Below the pieces are notes generated by a model. The model worked only from the letters and a program-made list of their open reading frames with translations. It was not told the origin of the DNA and ran no database searches. A program made the translations under genes and the position numbers. A DNA stretch of 63,510 nucleotides, the filler included, from Octopus bimaculoides (Eukaryota), in the NCBI RefSeq assembly GCF_001194135.2. It is 8 parts of 8 records of this genome, joined end to end, with 100 filler letters (N's around TTAATTAATTAA, not from the genome) between each part and the next. Parts side by side here need not be neighbours in the genome. Positions count along the whole stretch, not along the records: positions 1 to 17,330 come from NC_068993.1; positions 17,431 to 22,633 come from NC_069006.1; positions 22,734 to 27,588 come from NC_069005.1; 5 more parts are not named here. The stretch is one strand, 5' to 3'. Numbering within the stretch: the stretch's first letter is position 1; each line of letters begins with the position of its first letter. Positions 11,225-23,372 of this stretch are shown here, one piece after another.

Positions 11225-12029
11225 CTCTAGAAATCTTAACATGGAATTATCACCAGCAGAATGGTTATTAATGATCCTTCTGTTTCTGTCAAGTAAATCG
11301 ATTTTTTAATGAATCGGCTCAATTCAAACAATTATTATCATCGTGGATTTCTCCCTCGAAAGTTCATCCCTAATATAGCAAGGATCATAGTCTATCGACT
11401 AATCCTTCTCTTCAGAGTCAGAAGATATTGCAACCCCAACAACTATTTACACTCTACAGAACTCAAGTGAAACCTTCGTTTGAGATGTTGCTGCTGCTGA
11501 TACTGTTGATGCTGCTGCAACCGCTGCTGCTGCAACCGCTGCTGCTGCTGCTGCTGCTCACACAGGCATCCTGAAAGGAGTCAGCCGACTGACTGGAATA
11601 TATCCCTGTGTTTCCTCTTTCAAAAATCTTTCTCAGCTCATGTTTTACCTGTGGGTGATGAAACGTTAATAGCATCAATCTTACCTGCCTTGGAATGCCT
11701 GCTGAAGCCATGGATACTACTTCTTCCTCCAAACATAGCAACTTTAAATAGATAAATAAATAAAAACTGGTTTATAGTTGTTCTGTCAAAACCTTATTTC
11801 ACTGCCTTACTGAATGGCTTACTTTCGTTGGACATGTGACAGAGGGAAGTATAATGGCAGATTGAATCACTGGACCCCAGCACATTACTGGTACTTACAT
11901 TAATGACACCAGAAGTATAACAAAGTTGATCCTAAAGGATTCTGTCGTAAAGTTAACTTTAGCAGAATTTTACAAGGAAAATCTTTGCAATCTTCTAGTT
12001 CGGGGGTCGGCGACTAGATAATGTTGCAA

Positions 12030-12440
12030 ATAAACGATTAAAGTTGCTTAAGTTAGATATACAAAAAATATATACATGTACACATGTAAATAAAGAGAAA
12101 GGAAAGAATGAAAAGTTTCAGACGATGAGTATTCAAGTATAAATTCATAGATATTTATATATTAACAGAGCAAACTTACACAGAGTATAAAGCCACCGAA
12201 AATTAGAAGGGAAAAGGTATGGTGTTACAAGTCCGACAGCTGTTTCTGAGGACTCGGAGTTACTTCATAATGTTGTCAGACGTAGTTCAGAAAAATATGC
12301 AACCAGTAATAGAAGCAACATAAACATTGGGCAGATCCGGCTTCTGTCTTCAGGGTGGAAAGATAAAAAATTTTCGGAGTATAAGTTCAAAACATTTGAG
12401 CGCTACTAAGTGTTTTCTATATTGAGAATCACTAGATCTC
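12030..12440 (-). mobile_element. Penelope-like element tail fragment, homologous to 60-480
   Basis: Colinear similarity, with CTGAAGA (12347-12353) and GAAAC-AGCT-GTC (about 12235-12246) on the minus strand. Confidence 0.5.
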
Positions 12441-12457
12441 ATCTATTAACTCCCCTC

Positions 12458-12503
<46 letters not shown>

Positions 12504-14315
12504 NNNNNNNNNNNNNNNNNNNNNNNNNNNNNNNNNNNNNNNNNNNNNNNNNNNNNNNNNNNNNNNNNNNNNNNNNNNNNNNNNNNNNNNNNNNNNNNNN
12601 NNNNNNNNNNNNNNNNNNNNNNNNNNNNNNNNNNNNNNNNNNNNNNNNNNNNNNNNNNNNNNNNNNNNNNNNNNNNNNNNNNNNNNNNNNNNNNNNNNNN
12701 NNNNNNNNNNNNNNNNNNNNNNNNNNNNNNNNNNNNNNNNNNNNNNNNNNNNNNNNNNNNNNNNNNNNNNNNNNNNNNNNNNNNNNNNNNNNNNNNNNNN
12801 NNNNNNNNNNNNNNNNNNNNNNNNNNNNNNNNNNNNNNNNNNNNNNNNNNNNNNNNNNNNNNNNNNNNNNNNNNNNNNNNNNNNNNNNNNNNNNNNNNNN
12901 NNNNNNNNNNNNNNNNNNNNNNNNNNNNNNNNNNNNNNNNNNNNNNNNNNNNNNNNNNNNNNNNNNNNNNNNNNNNNNNNNNNNNNNTATATATATACAT
13001 ATATATAATTATATAATTTAATGTATTTGTGGACTATTGAACGTTGAAGGATTTTAGATAGTGCTTTGAGTCACGATTCGTTTAATGTTTGGTTCCTCTG
13101 ACGGCAATGAGGAAATTAGGAATATATATGACATAAAATGCATTAAGGCCATGAGCAAATATATGAATTCAAAAGTGGGCCATTGTGAAGGAAAGTTGCT
13201 GATCGCTACTCCGGGCTTTCGTGGTTTTCTCTAACAGATATTTGGGCAGTGATTGTGCTGAATTGCTTTAACATGGAATGGAAAATAGCAATGTAAGCTA
13301 TTTGAAAATAGCGATGTAAACTTAGCATAAAAGGGAACCAGAAACAGCGTGTTGGATTACCGCATAGGGAAATTTGAGTCTTGCTCGATAGCCCTCATCT
13401 TAATATTATCCGGTTTTCAAAAACATCTGGCTTGGACACAAAAGCTACGATTTTTAAGGGTAAAATAAGAATCTTGTAAAGAAAGAATAGCAAGTTGTGA
13501 AACAGTTGTGAATCTGCTCTTTTCATGGACCTGAGCAGATTTAAATAATTAAAACGGATTTCATTAGAATTCGAACGGTCTTGTTAAGCCGTCCTAATAG
13601 CGTCCTACTTTTTGTTATACGGCGGTTATCATCATAAATAGTCTTAATGCCAGGTCAACATTAGCAATTATGAACCAACGAGGGAAGTTCTGTGGAGCTG
13701 CTCGACTTGCTAAAAATAAAACCTAATTACACCCTACGTCTTCAAAACAATGAAGTTTTAGATATGGCTGGAACGCTTTTAATCATAAATTTGCTCAGTC
13801 AGGCTTAACCTGGGAAGTAGGGGTGATAGAGATGGCCCGTCCCAGGCGACGTTTTTATTGAGTTTTAGGCCTGCTGTATAAACCTATGGGTGAGGAGTGG
13901 AAAACTCAAGGCTGCCTCGGGCGGTGCACTCTGCAACACCACGGGACCTGGGGTTAAACAACAACAATAACAGTCTTATCTGTTCACAAGTTGAAATGAG
14001 TTCTGACTGTAGCGAAAGCAACACATGGTATAGAACATTTGATCAAGTCTCAAAACATTAAATATTACCGAGAGGTAATGAAAACCCGCAAGTAATCTCG
14101 TTGCTAAAAATGAGACTTATAGTTTTTTTCTATTTTTTATCTTTTTTTTTTTTTTTCTATAGGAGATGTTCTACTTCAACTTCTAATTGTTAGAATTAGG
14201 GCAATTTCTAACTGCTAATACCATTTCGGTTCTCGTTTTGCAGTATCATATCAAGAAACGAGAATCATATTTCATGTTTAGCAATGTTTTAAAACAAATA
14301 ATAATAATAATGATG

Positions 14316-14355
<40 letters not shown>

Positions 14356-15576
14356 TAACAACAACAACAACAACAACAACAACATTTACAACAACAGTAG
14401 CAGCAACAACGACAACAACAATAATATAAACAAATATACCAGTCTTTCGTCGTATACATTACATCATTTGCTGCAACTGCTGTACTTTGGTTGTTTATTT
14501 CAACGCAGTTATTGAGTGACATGTGTTGTTGTGTAAGAATGAACTAAATTTCTTGTCAGCTAAATTAACGGACAGATTTCAATCCCTCGTTGAAATTCAT
14601 ACTGCCAAGTACTCTTAGGAATGACATGGAGTCACACTTGCCATTTTTTTGCCCCCCGCTAAAATATAAACAATTTGCATTAAATGTAAAGTAACTCTCA
14701 GCAGTTTGGCACGATCTTCCTTCCACAATAACCACTTAAAATAGGGGTGGAGGTGCAGCCATAAGTAGTATTTTCTTTTTATGTTTTAGTTAGGAGGGAG
14801 AACAGTACTCATGATTTTTTGCAAAGCCCTCAAGATCACTGGGCGAGAGGAATCCGTAAACATTGATCCAGGTTCGAATGCCTACAACAGAGTGGCCGCT
14901 GCTAAAAGCAGTCAAGGAATGAATGGTTGTGATAAATACGGTGACGAATTAGGTAAATAATGGGTTAAAGGCCTCCTTTGGCTGCCCGGGGACATCCTTC
15001 GACTTTATTCAGTATTTTTACAGTATTTACACGTTATTATTCATAGCTGGTCTGCTTCGAGATCTACCATTCCAAAAAGTAACTTTCACAAATTCTATGA
15101 CGTCAACAATATAAATANNNNNNNNNNNNNNNNNNNNNNNNNNNNNNNNNNNNNNNNNNNNNNNNNNNNNNNNNNNNNNNNNNNNNNNNNNNNNNNNNNN
15201 NNNNNNNNNNNNNNNNNNNNNNNNNNNNNNNNNNNNNNNNNNNNNNNNNNNNNNNNNNNNNNNNNNNNNNNNNNNNNNNNNNNNNNNNNNNNNNNNNNNN
15301 NNNNNNNNNNNNNNNNNNNNNNNNNNNNNNNNNNNNNNNNNNNNNNNNNNNNNNNNNNNNNNNNNNNNNNNNNNNNNNNNNNNNNNNNNNNNNNNNNNNN
15401 NNNNNNNNNNNNNNNNNNNNNNNNNNNNNNNNNNNNNNNNNNNNNNNNNNNNNNNNNNNNNNNNNNNNNNNNNNNNNNNNNNNNNNNNNNNNNNNNNNNN
15501 NNNNNNNNNNNNNNNNNNNNNNNNNNNNNNNNNNNNNNNNNNNNNNNNTGTATGTGTGCGTACATATCTCTTTTTT

Positions 15577-15945
15577 ACTCTTTTGCTTGTTTCAGTCATT
15601 TGACTGCTGCCATGCTGGAGCACCGCCTTTAGTCGAGCAAATCGACCCCAGGACTTATTCTTTGGAAGCCTAGTACTTATTCTATCGGTCTCTTTTTGCC
15701 GAACCGCTAATTTACGAGGACGTAAACACACCAGCATCGGTTGTCAAGTGATGGTGGGGGGACAAGCACAGACACACAAATATATATACGACGGGCTTCT
15801 TTCAGTTTCCGTCTACCAAAACCATTCACAAGGCTTTGGTCGGCCCGAGGCTATAGTAGAAGACACTTGCCCAAGGTGCCACGCAGTGGGATTGAACCTG
15901 GAACCATGTGGCAAGAAGCAAGCTACTTACCACACAGCCACATAA
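15577..15945 (-). mobile_element. SINE family A, near full length
   Basis: Near-identical reverse complement of 47026-47421. Confidence 0.92.
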
Positions 15946-16599
15946 CCATGCATATGTATGATTGTGTATTTGTATGTATTTGTGTGCGAGTGTATGTTCA
16001 TAAGGTTCGTCTCTCTTCAGACACAAATGAGTGTTAGATGCCTTTGAATTTAATTTAATAAGTAATGATAGAACCGTTTCTGATGATTTACTAAAGTGAA
16101 TTTAACGGGGAGTGCCAAACTTCTTGAATAGCATCGGTCTTACATCAGAATGAAATTATTTCCAGGAACTTTAATCCTCTTACTATTCAAATTTTCCACC
16201 ATTGTTGTCAGCCGTCACATCATCGACATTCATAACTAAACAGATTATTAACGGCAACATAAATCTATGAAGTCAGATTATTTTAACATTTCCTTCTACA
16301 CACCTCCATCAATTGTAACACTCTAGCTAAATACCATAGCCTCCCTTTTGCGCCCGGCGCTTCCCTGTTGTCTGCTGTTGTAAATATATACATGAAACTC
16401 AGATGTAAACAACGCCTACACTACAACGAATCATTACTAAATGCCAACGGCTACACAAATAAATAGATATATGCAAGCGCATTCATGTATGCATACTTAC
16501 AGACATAAGCACATACATCTATACACACACACGCACACACACACTTGTGCTGATGCATAAATCTCTCGGGACCTTGAGTTACTCCGTTACTTCTGTTAA

Positions 16600-16800
16600 A
16601 CATTAATAAAAAATATACATACAGTTCTATATTTAAGAGATGAGGAATTATGTACGTTATTCACATTATTTACATTTGACGGATATTTCTCCTCATCTTG
16701 TTTGTTGTTAACATAACGTTTCGGCTGATATACCCTCCAGCCTTCATCAGGTGTCTTGGGGAAATTTCGAACCTCGGTTCTCATTCCTAAGGTATTTTTC
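16600..16800 (-). mobile_element. Penelope-type tail containing a hammerhead motif at 16708-16755
   Basis: Minus strand gacac-CTGATGA-A-GGCTG(gagggtatat)CAGCC-GAAACGTT-atgtt, embedded next to an (AAT)n array. Confidence 0.6.
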
Positions 16801-16802
16801 GA

Positions 16803-16894
<92 letters not shown>

Positions 16895-16896
16895 CC

Positions 16897-16985
16897 ACAG
16901 GCATATGGCGTAGTGGTTAAGAGCGCGGGCAACTAACCCAATAGATTCCCAGTTCGATTCCATGCAGGAACCTGAATAATAATGA
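16897..16985 (+). mobile_element. Short tRNA-like SINE (head only plus (AAT)n tail)
   Basis: A box TGGCGTAGTGG and B box GTTCGATTCC, followed directly by gaataataatgataata. The acceptor and anticodon stems are not clean, so this is not a functional tRNA. Confidence 0.6.
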
Positions 16986-17002
16986 TAATAATAATAATAA
17001 TA

Positions 17003-17033
<31 letters not shown>

Positions 17034-17330
17034 CATTACTGAGGAAGACGAAAATGAGGTCGAAATCACGTTATCTGGTCGTCTCTGAGCTAGAATAGTA
17101 GGGGGTTCTCTCTCTGCTTGCAATATATATCGAGTGTGTATAAGACCAGCATCCCTTTATGATTAGCGAATGACGAGCGCTTTTTTCCATAGACGATTAC
17201 AATACTTATCCACATCAACTGTTTCGTTTCGGTTCAACATTGCAATATAGATTATACCCTTCATATCTCACAAAACACAGAGCATAACGTTTTCCAGATC
17301 TAATCTTGATTTGGGGAAGGATTATTCTTT

Positions 17331-17430
17331 NNNNNNNNNNNNNNNNNNNNNNNNNNNNNNNNNNNNNNNNNNNNTTAATTAATTAANNNNNNNNNNNNNN
17401 NNNNNNNNNNNNNNNNNNNNNNNNNNNNNN
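17331..17430. other. Assembly scaffold linker: 44 N + TTAATTAATTAA + 44 N
   Basis: The identical 100-bp construct recurs with the 12-mer at 17375, 22678, 27633, 33318, 43344, 57707 and 62111. It gives stops in all six frames and is not biological sequence. Confidence 0.93.
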
Positions 17431-17570
17431 CCGGGGGCTTTCCCGGTCTTCATACTCTTAATTGCTTTATCTACCCTGGTACTATCAACTCGGATAGCTG
17501 GTCCCTCTATTGGGTCGACATAAGGCAGGCTCTCTTTCTCCCATTCATTCTCTTTACCTTGCGTAACCCT
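17431..17570 (-). pseudogene. RTE-type LINE ORF2 fragment (region just upstream of RT)
   Basis: KENEWEKESLPYVDPIEGPAIRVDSTRVDKAIKSMKTGKAPG matches the LINE V.KAI..MK.GKAPG motif. Confidence 0.75.
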
Positions 17571-17719
17571 TAAAATAAATTACATGTCTTAAGGAACCCC
17601 CGCACAAAAAATATTATATACCATATCTTTCTCGTTTTATTTTCATTGTAGTTCACATGGTAAATATCATATATATGCGGTTGTTACATTTTTTTGATAA
17701 CATAATAGGTTAGATAGGC

Positions 17720-17847
17720 TCACAAGGTTTTGGTCAGCCCGAGGCTATAGTAGAAGACACTTGCCCAAGGTGCCACGCAGTGGGACTGAACCCAGAACCA
17801 TGAGGTTGGTAAGCAAGCTACTTACCACACAGCCACTCCTGCGCCTA
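17720..17847 (-). mobile_element. SINE family A, 5' half
   Basis: cacaaggttttggtcagcccgaggctatagtagaagacacttgcccaaggtgccacgcagtgggactgaaccc. Confidence 0.9.
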
Positions 17848-17884
17848 TGGTGAAATAAATTAGTATTTCAGTCAGGAAACTCTA

Positions 17885-18090
17885 AAATGCACCTGTGCCA
17901 GTGCTGTGTTAGTGTACCTGAGCCAGTGGCACATAAAGAGGACCCAGCACACTCTGTAAAGTGGTTGGCATTAGGAAGGGCATCCAGCTGCAGAAACCTT
18001 GCCACAAACGGTAATTGGAGTCTAGATGCTCCTGTCAAACCGTCCAACCCATGCCAGCATGGAAAACAGATGATGATGATGATGATGACT
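17885..18090 (+). mobile_element. SINE/LINE 3' tail ending in (GAT)n (RTE-like tail); another copy on minus at 22240-22400
   Basis: gtaaagtggttggcattaggaagggcatccagc...aaaccgtccaacccatgccagcatggaaaac-(gat)n. Confidence 0.65.
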
Positions 18091-18351
18091 ATGTTTATTA
18101 ATTAGTGCCAGCCACAAGTGGTGTCTTTGCTGTCACCTTCACACCTTGGTAGATAGGTGAAATAAAAGATCCAAGAATTAGCGATTGTGTAGTTACTCGT
18201 GGCTCTTAAACAATGCCTCAATAATATACTCCCCTAACTCATTCAAACCTGGAAAACTGACTGTAAAACAAACAAACAAATGGATGAGTAAAATGCATCT
18301 GAAGCTGGGGTTTGTTGGAAGAGAAGGTTTTGATAAATGTATTTTACTCAC

Positions 18352-18480
18352 CTTTGGTATTTGTAAGATGACACCAAAAGCGCTGAATGTGTCGTATAAT
18401 AACTTTTCATCAACTTCTGGATCCAGGTTACCGATGAAGATGTTGGCCCCAACATCAAGGTTTTTCTGATGGGCTGATGC
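18352..18480 (-). CDS. SF3B4: SF3B4/SAP49 internal coding exon (linker and first half of RRM2), 129 nt, phase 0 to phase 0
   Basis: Translates [43 protein letters not shown]. Acceptor cttatttgcag at 18481 and donor AAG|gtgagt at 18351. Joins in frame to the 21237-21382 exon exactly as in SF3B4 (VNK-ASAH). Confidence 0.96.
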
Positions 18481-18544
18481 CTGCAAATAAGCAATACCAA
18501 ACAATGATGATGATAATAATAATAATTGTAGTAGTAGCAGCAGT

Positions 18545-18782
18545 AGTCCTTTCTTCTATAGCCAGAAAGCCTGAAATTTTGGGGGAGTGGGGCCAGTCGA
18601 TTGGATCGACCTCCAGTACACAACTGGTACTTAAGTCATTGACCCCGAAAGGATGAAAGGCAAAGTTGACCTTGGTGGAATTTGAACTCAGAACATAAGG
18701 ACAAACGAAATACTGCTAAGCATTTCGGCCGGCATGCTAACGATTCTGCCAGCTTGCCATCATAATAATAATAATAATAATA

Positions 18783-18820
<38 letters not shown>

Positions 18821-20524
18821 NNNNNNNNNNNNNNNNNNNNNNNNNNNNNNNNNNNNNNNNNNNNNNNNNNNNNNNNNNNNNNNNNNNNNNNNNNNNNNNN
18901 NNNNNNNNNNNNNNNNNNNNNNNNNNNNNNNNNNNNNNNNNNNNNNNNNNNNNNNNNNNNNNNNNNNNNNNNNNNNNNNNNNNNNNNNNNNNNNNNNNNN
19001 NNNNNNNNNNNNNNNNNNNNNNNNNNNNNNNNNNNNNNNNNNNNNNNNNNNNNNNNNNNNNNNNNNNNNNNNNNNNNNNNNNNNNNNNNNNNNNNNNNNN
19101 NNNNNNNNNNNNNNNNNNNNNNNNNNNNNNNNNNNNNNNNNNNNNNNNNNNNNNNNNNNNNNNNNNNNNNNNNNNNNNNNNNNNNNNNNNNNNNNNNNNN
19201 NNNNNNNNNNNNNNNNNNNNNNNNNNNNNNNNNNNNNNNNNNNNNNNNNNNNNNNNNNNNNNNNNNNNNNNNNNNNNNNNNNNNNNNNNNNNNNNNNNNN
19301 NNNNNNNNNNNNNNNNNNNNNNNNNNNNNNNNNNNNNNNNNNNNNNNNNNNNNNNNNNNNNNNNNNNNNNNNNNNNNNNNNNNNNNNNNNNNNNNNNNNN
19401 NNNNNNNNNNNNNNNNNNNNNNNNNNNNNNNNNNNNNNNNNNNNNNNNNNNNNNNNNNNNNNNNNNNNNNNNNNNNNNNNNNNNNNNNNNNNNNNNNNNN
19501 NNNNNNNNNATATTCAGCGTGACACAGTGTGACAAGGCTGACCCTTTGAATTACAGGCACAACAGAAACAGGAAGAAAGAGTGAGAGAAAGTTGTGGTGA
19601 AAGAGTACAGCAGGGCTCACCACCATCCCCTGCCGGAGCCTTGTGGAACTTTAGGTGTTTTCGCTCAATAAACACTCACAACGCCCTGTCTGGGAATCGA
19701 AACCGCGATCCTATGACCACGAGTCCGCTGCCCTAACCACTGGGCCATTGCGCCTCCACAAGAACTCAGAACATAGCAACAGACAAAATACCACGAAGCA
19801 TTTTGCTCAACATTCTAACGATTCTGTCAGCTTACCACCTTAATAATAATAAGACGAACCCTTTCTACTATAGGCACAAGACCTGAAAGGAGCTAGTTGA
19901 TTCTATCGACCCCAGTGCTGAAAAGGATGAAAGGCAAAATTGACCTCAGAACATAAAGATGGATAAAATGCCAATAAGCAGCTTGTCTGATGTGCTAATG
20001 ATTTTGCCAGTCCACTACCTTTTCATATTCTTTTCTACTAAAGGCAAAAGACCTGAAATTTTAGGGAAGGGGCTGGACCATTACATCAACCCCTGTGCTC
20101 AACTAGAACTTGTCTTACTGACTGCAAAAGGATGAAAGTCAAGGTCAACCTAAATGAAATCTGAACACAGACATGAATGCCACTCAGCCTCTTGTCCAGG
20201 GTGCTAATGATGGTACCAGCTTAACACCTCATGTTTTAAATTCTAATAGAGGGCCAGAAAAGACGGAAGGCAAAGTTGACCTCGGTGGAATTTCAATACA
20301 ATAATAATTGCTTCGAGTTTTTGGCACACAGCCAGCGATTTTAGCAGGAGGGGACTAGTCAATTACATCAACACCAGTATGTGACTGGTACTTTATTTTA
20401 TTGACACTAAAATGATGGCAGCAAAGTTACTATCAGTGGAATTTGAACTCAGAATGTAAAGAGCCACAAGAAATACCATTAATCAATTTGTCTGGTGTGC
20501 TAACGATTCTGCCAGTTTGCCACC

Positions 20525-20573
<49 letters not shown>

Positions 20574-21919
20574 TAATAATAATGATAATAATAATAATAA
20601 TGGTTTCAAATTTTGCCACAGGGGCAGCAATTTTGGGCAAGTTGATTAGATCGACCCCAGTGTTCAACTGGTATTTATTTTATAGACCCCAAAAGGATGA
20701 AAGGTAAAGTCAACCTCAGCAGAATTTGAACTCAGAATGTAGCAACAGATGAAACACTGCTAAGCATTTTGTTCCGGCATTTTAATAATAATAATATCTC
20801 TTCATATTGCTCATGGTAGCAAAATTACACTCCCAAAGTTAGCCATCATACGATGGGTAAACACTCTACTTCTAAAATAATCACAAATTTCCACTGGTTT
20901 AGTAAAACAGTATCAACTTTTTACATAGAAATATATCAAAATGTTATTTCAAACACAAGGACACAACATGCTACCAGGTATTGAACTCGGGGTCTTATGA
21001 TTGTCAGCCAAATACACTGACCACTAAACCACATGCCTTCGCTACAAATGGACATCGTTAACATCAACCACAGTACTGAGTGGACTGGGTGCTTTTTTCT
21101 CACCGTTACATTTGATTCCATTTAAACCCATTAGATCTGTTGATTCCATAATCAGCCCTTATGAAATGTGGACATGCATTCAGAGTTAATATGGGAGACG
21201 GGGGGGGGGGAGGTTAGAGGGAAGTGAAATATTTACCTTGTTTACTCGTATTGGCTTGCCATACAGTTTGATCATGTTCATTATTTTAATGGCATAATCT
21301 GCATCTTCTTCTCCCATAAACTCAACAAACCCATATCCTTGGTGGCTCTGAGTGACTCGGTCTTTAGGCATATGTACATTCACTGCAGAATAAAACAACA
21401 CAACAACAAGAAACAATTAAGCACAATAATAATAGACATGTTTTTCTGCTAGCTCGTTGCCTTAAAGATGACAATATTAATAACAATAATAATCGTTTCT
21501 GCTGTAGGCACAAGGCCTGAAACTTTTTGGGAGGGGACTAGTAGTTAATTTCATCANNNNNNNNNNCGGTCTTTAGGCATATGTACATTCACTGCAGAAT
21601 AAAACAACACAACAACAAGAAACAATTAAGCACAATAATAATAGACATGTTTTTCTGCTAGCTCGTTGCCTTAAAGATGACAATATTAATAACAATAATA
21701 ATCGTTTCTGCTGTAGGCACAAGGCCTGAAACTTTTTGGGAGGGGACTAGTAGTTAATTTCATCAACCCGGTTCCACTGGTACTTAATCTATCGACCTTG
21801 AAAGGATGAAAGGCAAAGTCGACCTTGACGGAATTTGAACTCAGAACGTAGCAACAGATAAAATACTGCTAAGCATTTCACCAGGTGTGCTAACAATTCT
21901 GCCAGCTCACTGCCTTAAC

Positions 21920-21962
<43 letters not shown>

Positions 21963-22235
21963 GAGGAGGAGAAGAAGAAGAAGACTTTATTATTTTGGGA
22001 CAAGGCTAACAATTTTGGGGAGGGCATTAGTGAATTACAATGGCCCCAGTACTTGACCTGTTACTTTATTCTACTGACCCCCAAAAGGGATTCCATAGAA
22101 GAAGAAGAAGAAGAAGAAGAAGAAGAAGAAGAAGAAGAATCTTTTCTGTTATAGGCACAAGGCCTGAAATTTTGCAAGAGGAGGCTAGTTGGTACGTATT
22201 TTATCGACACCCTGAAAGGATGAAAGTCGACAGCG
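18545..22235 (-). mobile_element. Dense cluster of SINE family B copies (about 9-10, all minus strand) plus family C (19511-19757) and a tRNA-like head (20955-21050), in and around the SF3B4 intron
   Basis: Repeated aggatgaaaggcaaagt.gacc..gg.ggaatttgaactcagaac modules at about 18650, 19920, 20130, 20270, 20440, 20700, 21810 and 22210, with partial tails at about 19800 and 22060. Confidence 0.88.
21237..21382 (-). CDS. SF3B4: SF3B4/SAP49 internal coding exon (second half of RRM1), 146 nt, phase 1 to phase 0
   Basis: Translates (V)[48 protein letters not shown], near-identical to SF3B4 RRM1. Acceptor ttttattctgcag at 21383 and donor AAG|gtaaat at 21236. 2 nt + 48 codons = 146 nt. Confidence 0.96.
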
Positions 22236-22733
22236 GTCATCATCATCATCATTATAATCATCATTGTTTAATATCAATTCTCTATGCATTCAAGGGTTGG
22301 ATGGTACGACTGGAACCAGTGAACCAGAGGACTGCACTGAGCTCCAATGTCAGCTGTGGCAGGAGGGTTTCTACAGCTGGATGCTCTTCCTACACACACA
22401 CAACTGGCTTCTTTCAGTTTCCATCTACCAAGTCCACTCACAATTCTTTGGCGAGCCTAAGACTATAGTAGAAGACATTTGCTCAAGGTTCTAAGCAGTG
22501 GGACTGAACCCAGAACCATGTGGTTGGGAAGCAAGCTTCTTACCACACAGCTATGCCTACACCTGATATGCATATATATATATCTGTAAAAATATGTGAC
22601 ACTTATTCAGTAGCCATGATAAAACTCTGAGTTNNNNNNNNNNNNNNNNNNNNNNNNNNNNNNNNNNNNNNNNNNNNTTAATTAATTAANNNNNNNNNNN
22701 NNNNNNNNNNNNNNNNNNNNNNNNNNNNNNNNN

Positions 22734-23205
22734 ACATACATGCGCGTACATACATACATACATACATACATACATACATACATGTGCATACGTACATACA
22801 TGCATACATACACACATACACACATATGCACATACATAAACACGTACATACACGCATACATACATGCATATACATACGCACATATATACATGCATATATA
22901 CATATACATATACACATGCATGCTTAACTACATACATATGTATATAGTTCATTCAAACACGTACATACATACATACAGACGTATATACGTATATACGTAC
23001 AAACACACACACACATACATACATACATACAGACGTATATACGTATATACGTACAAACACACACACACATACATACATACATACATACGTACATAGACGC
23101 ATCAACCAACTTCACAAACAAACAGAAGGCGTGTCTTCACACCCTCTTATTATTTATTGAGAGTGAAAGAAAGAAAAACAGACCCAAAGAGAAAGAGTGA
23201 TACAT

Positions 23206-23252
<47 letters not shown>

Positions 23253-23255
23253 AAG

Positions 23256-23294
<39 letters not shown>

Positions 23295-23326
23295 TAGAGA
23301 GAGAGAGAGAGAGGAGGGCAGACGAC

Positions 23327-23372
<46 letters not shown>

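Noticed and set aside
14895-14915. LLLAA peptide on the minus strand as a possible downstream SF3B4 exon (AERLLAAQNP)
   Set aside because: Flanking residues and stops do not match SF3B4, and no splice sites fit.
17375-17386. Recurrent TTAATTAATTAA motif
   Set aside because: It is always centred in a 44N+12+44N block, so it is an assembly linker rather than a regulatory site.
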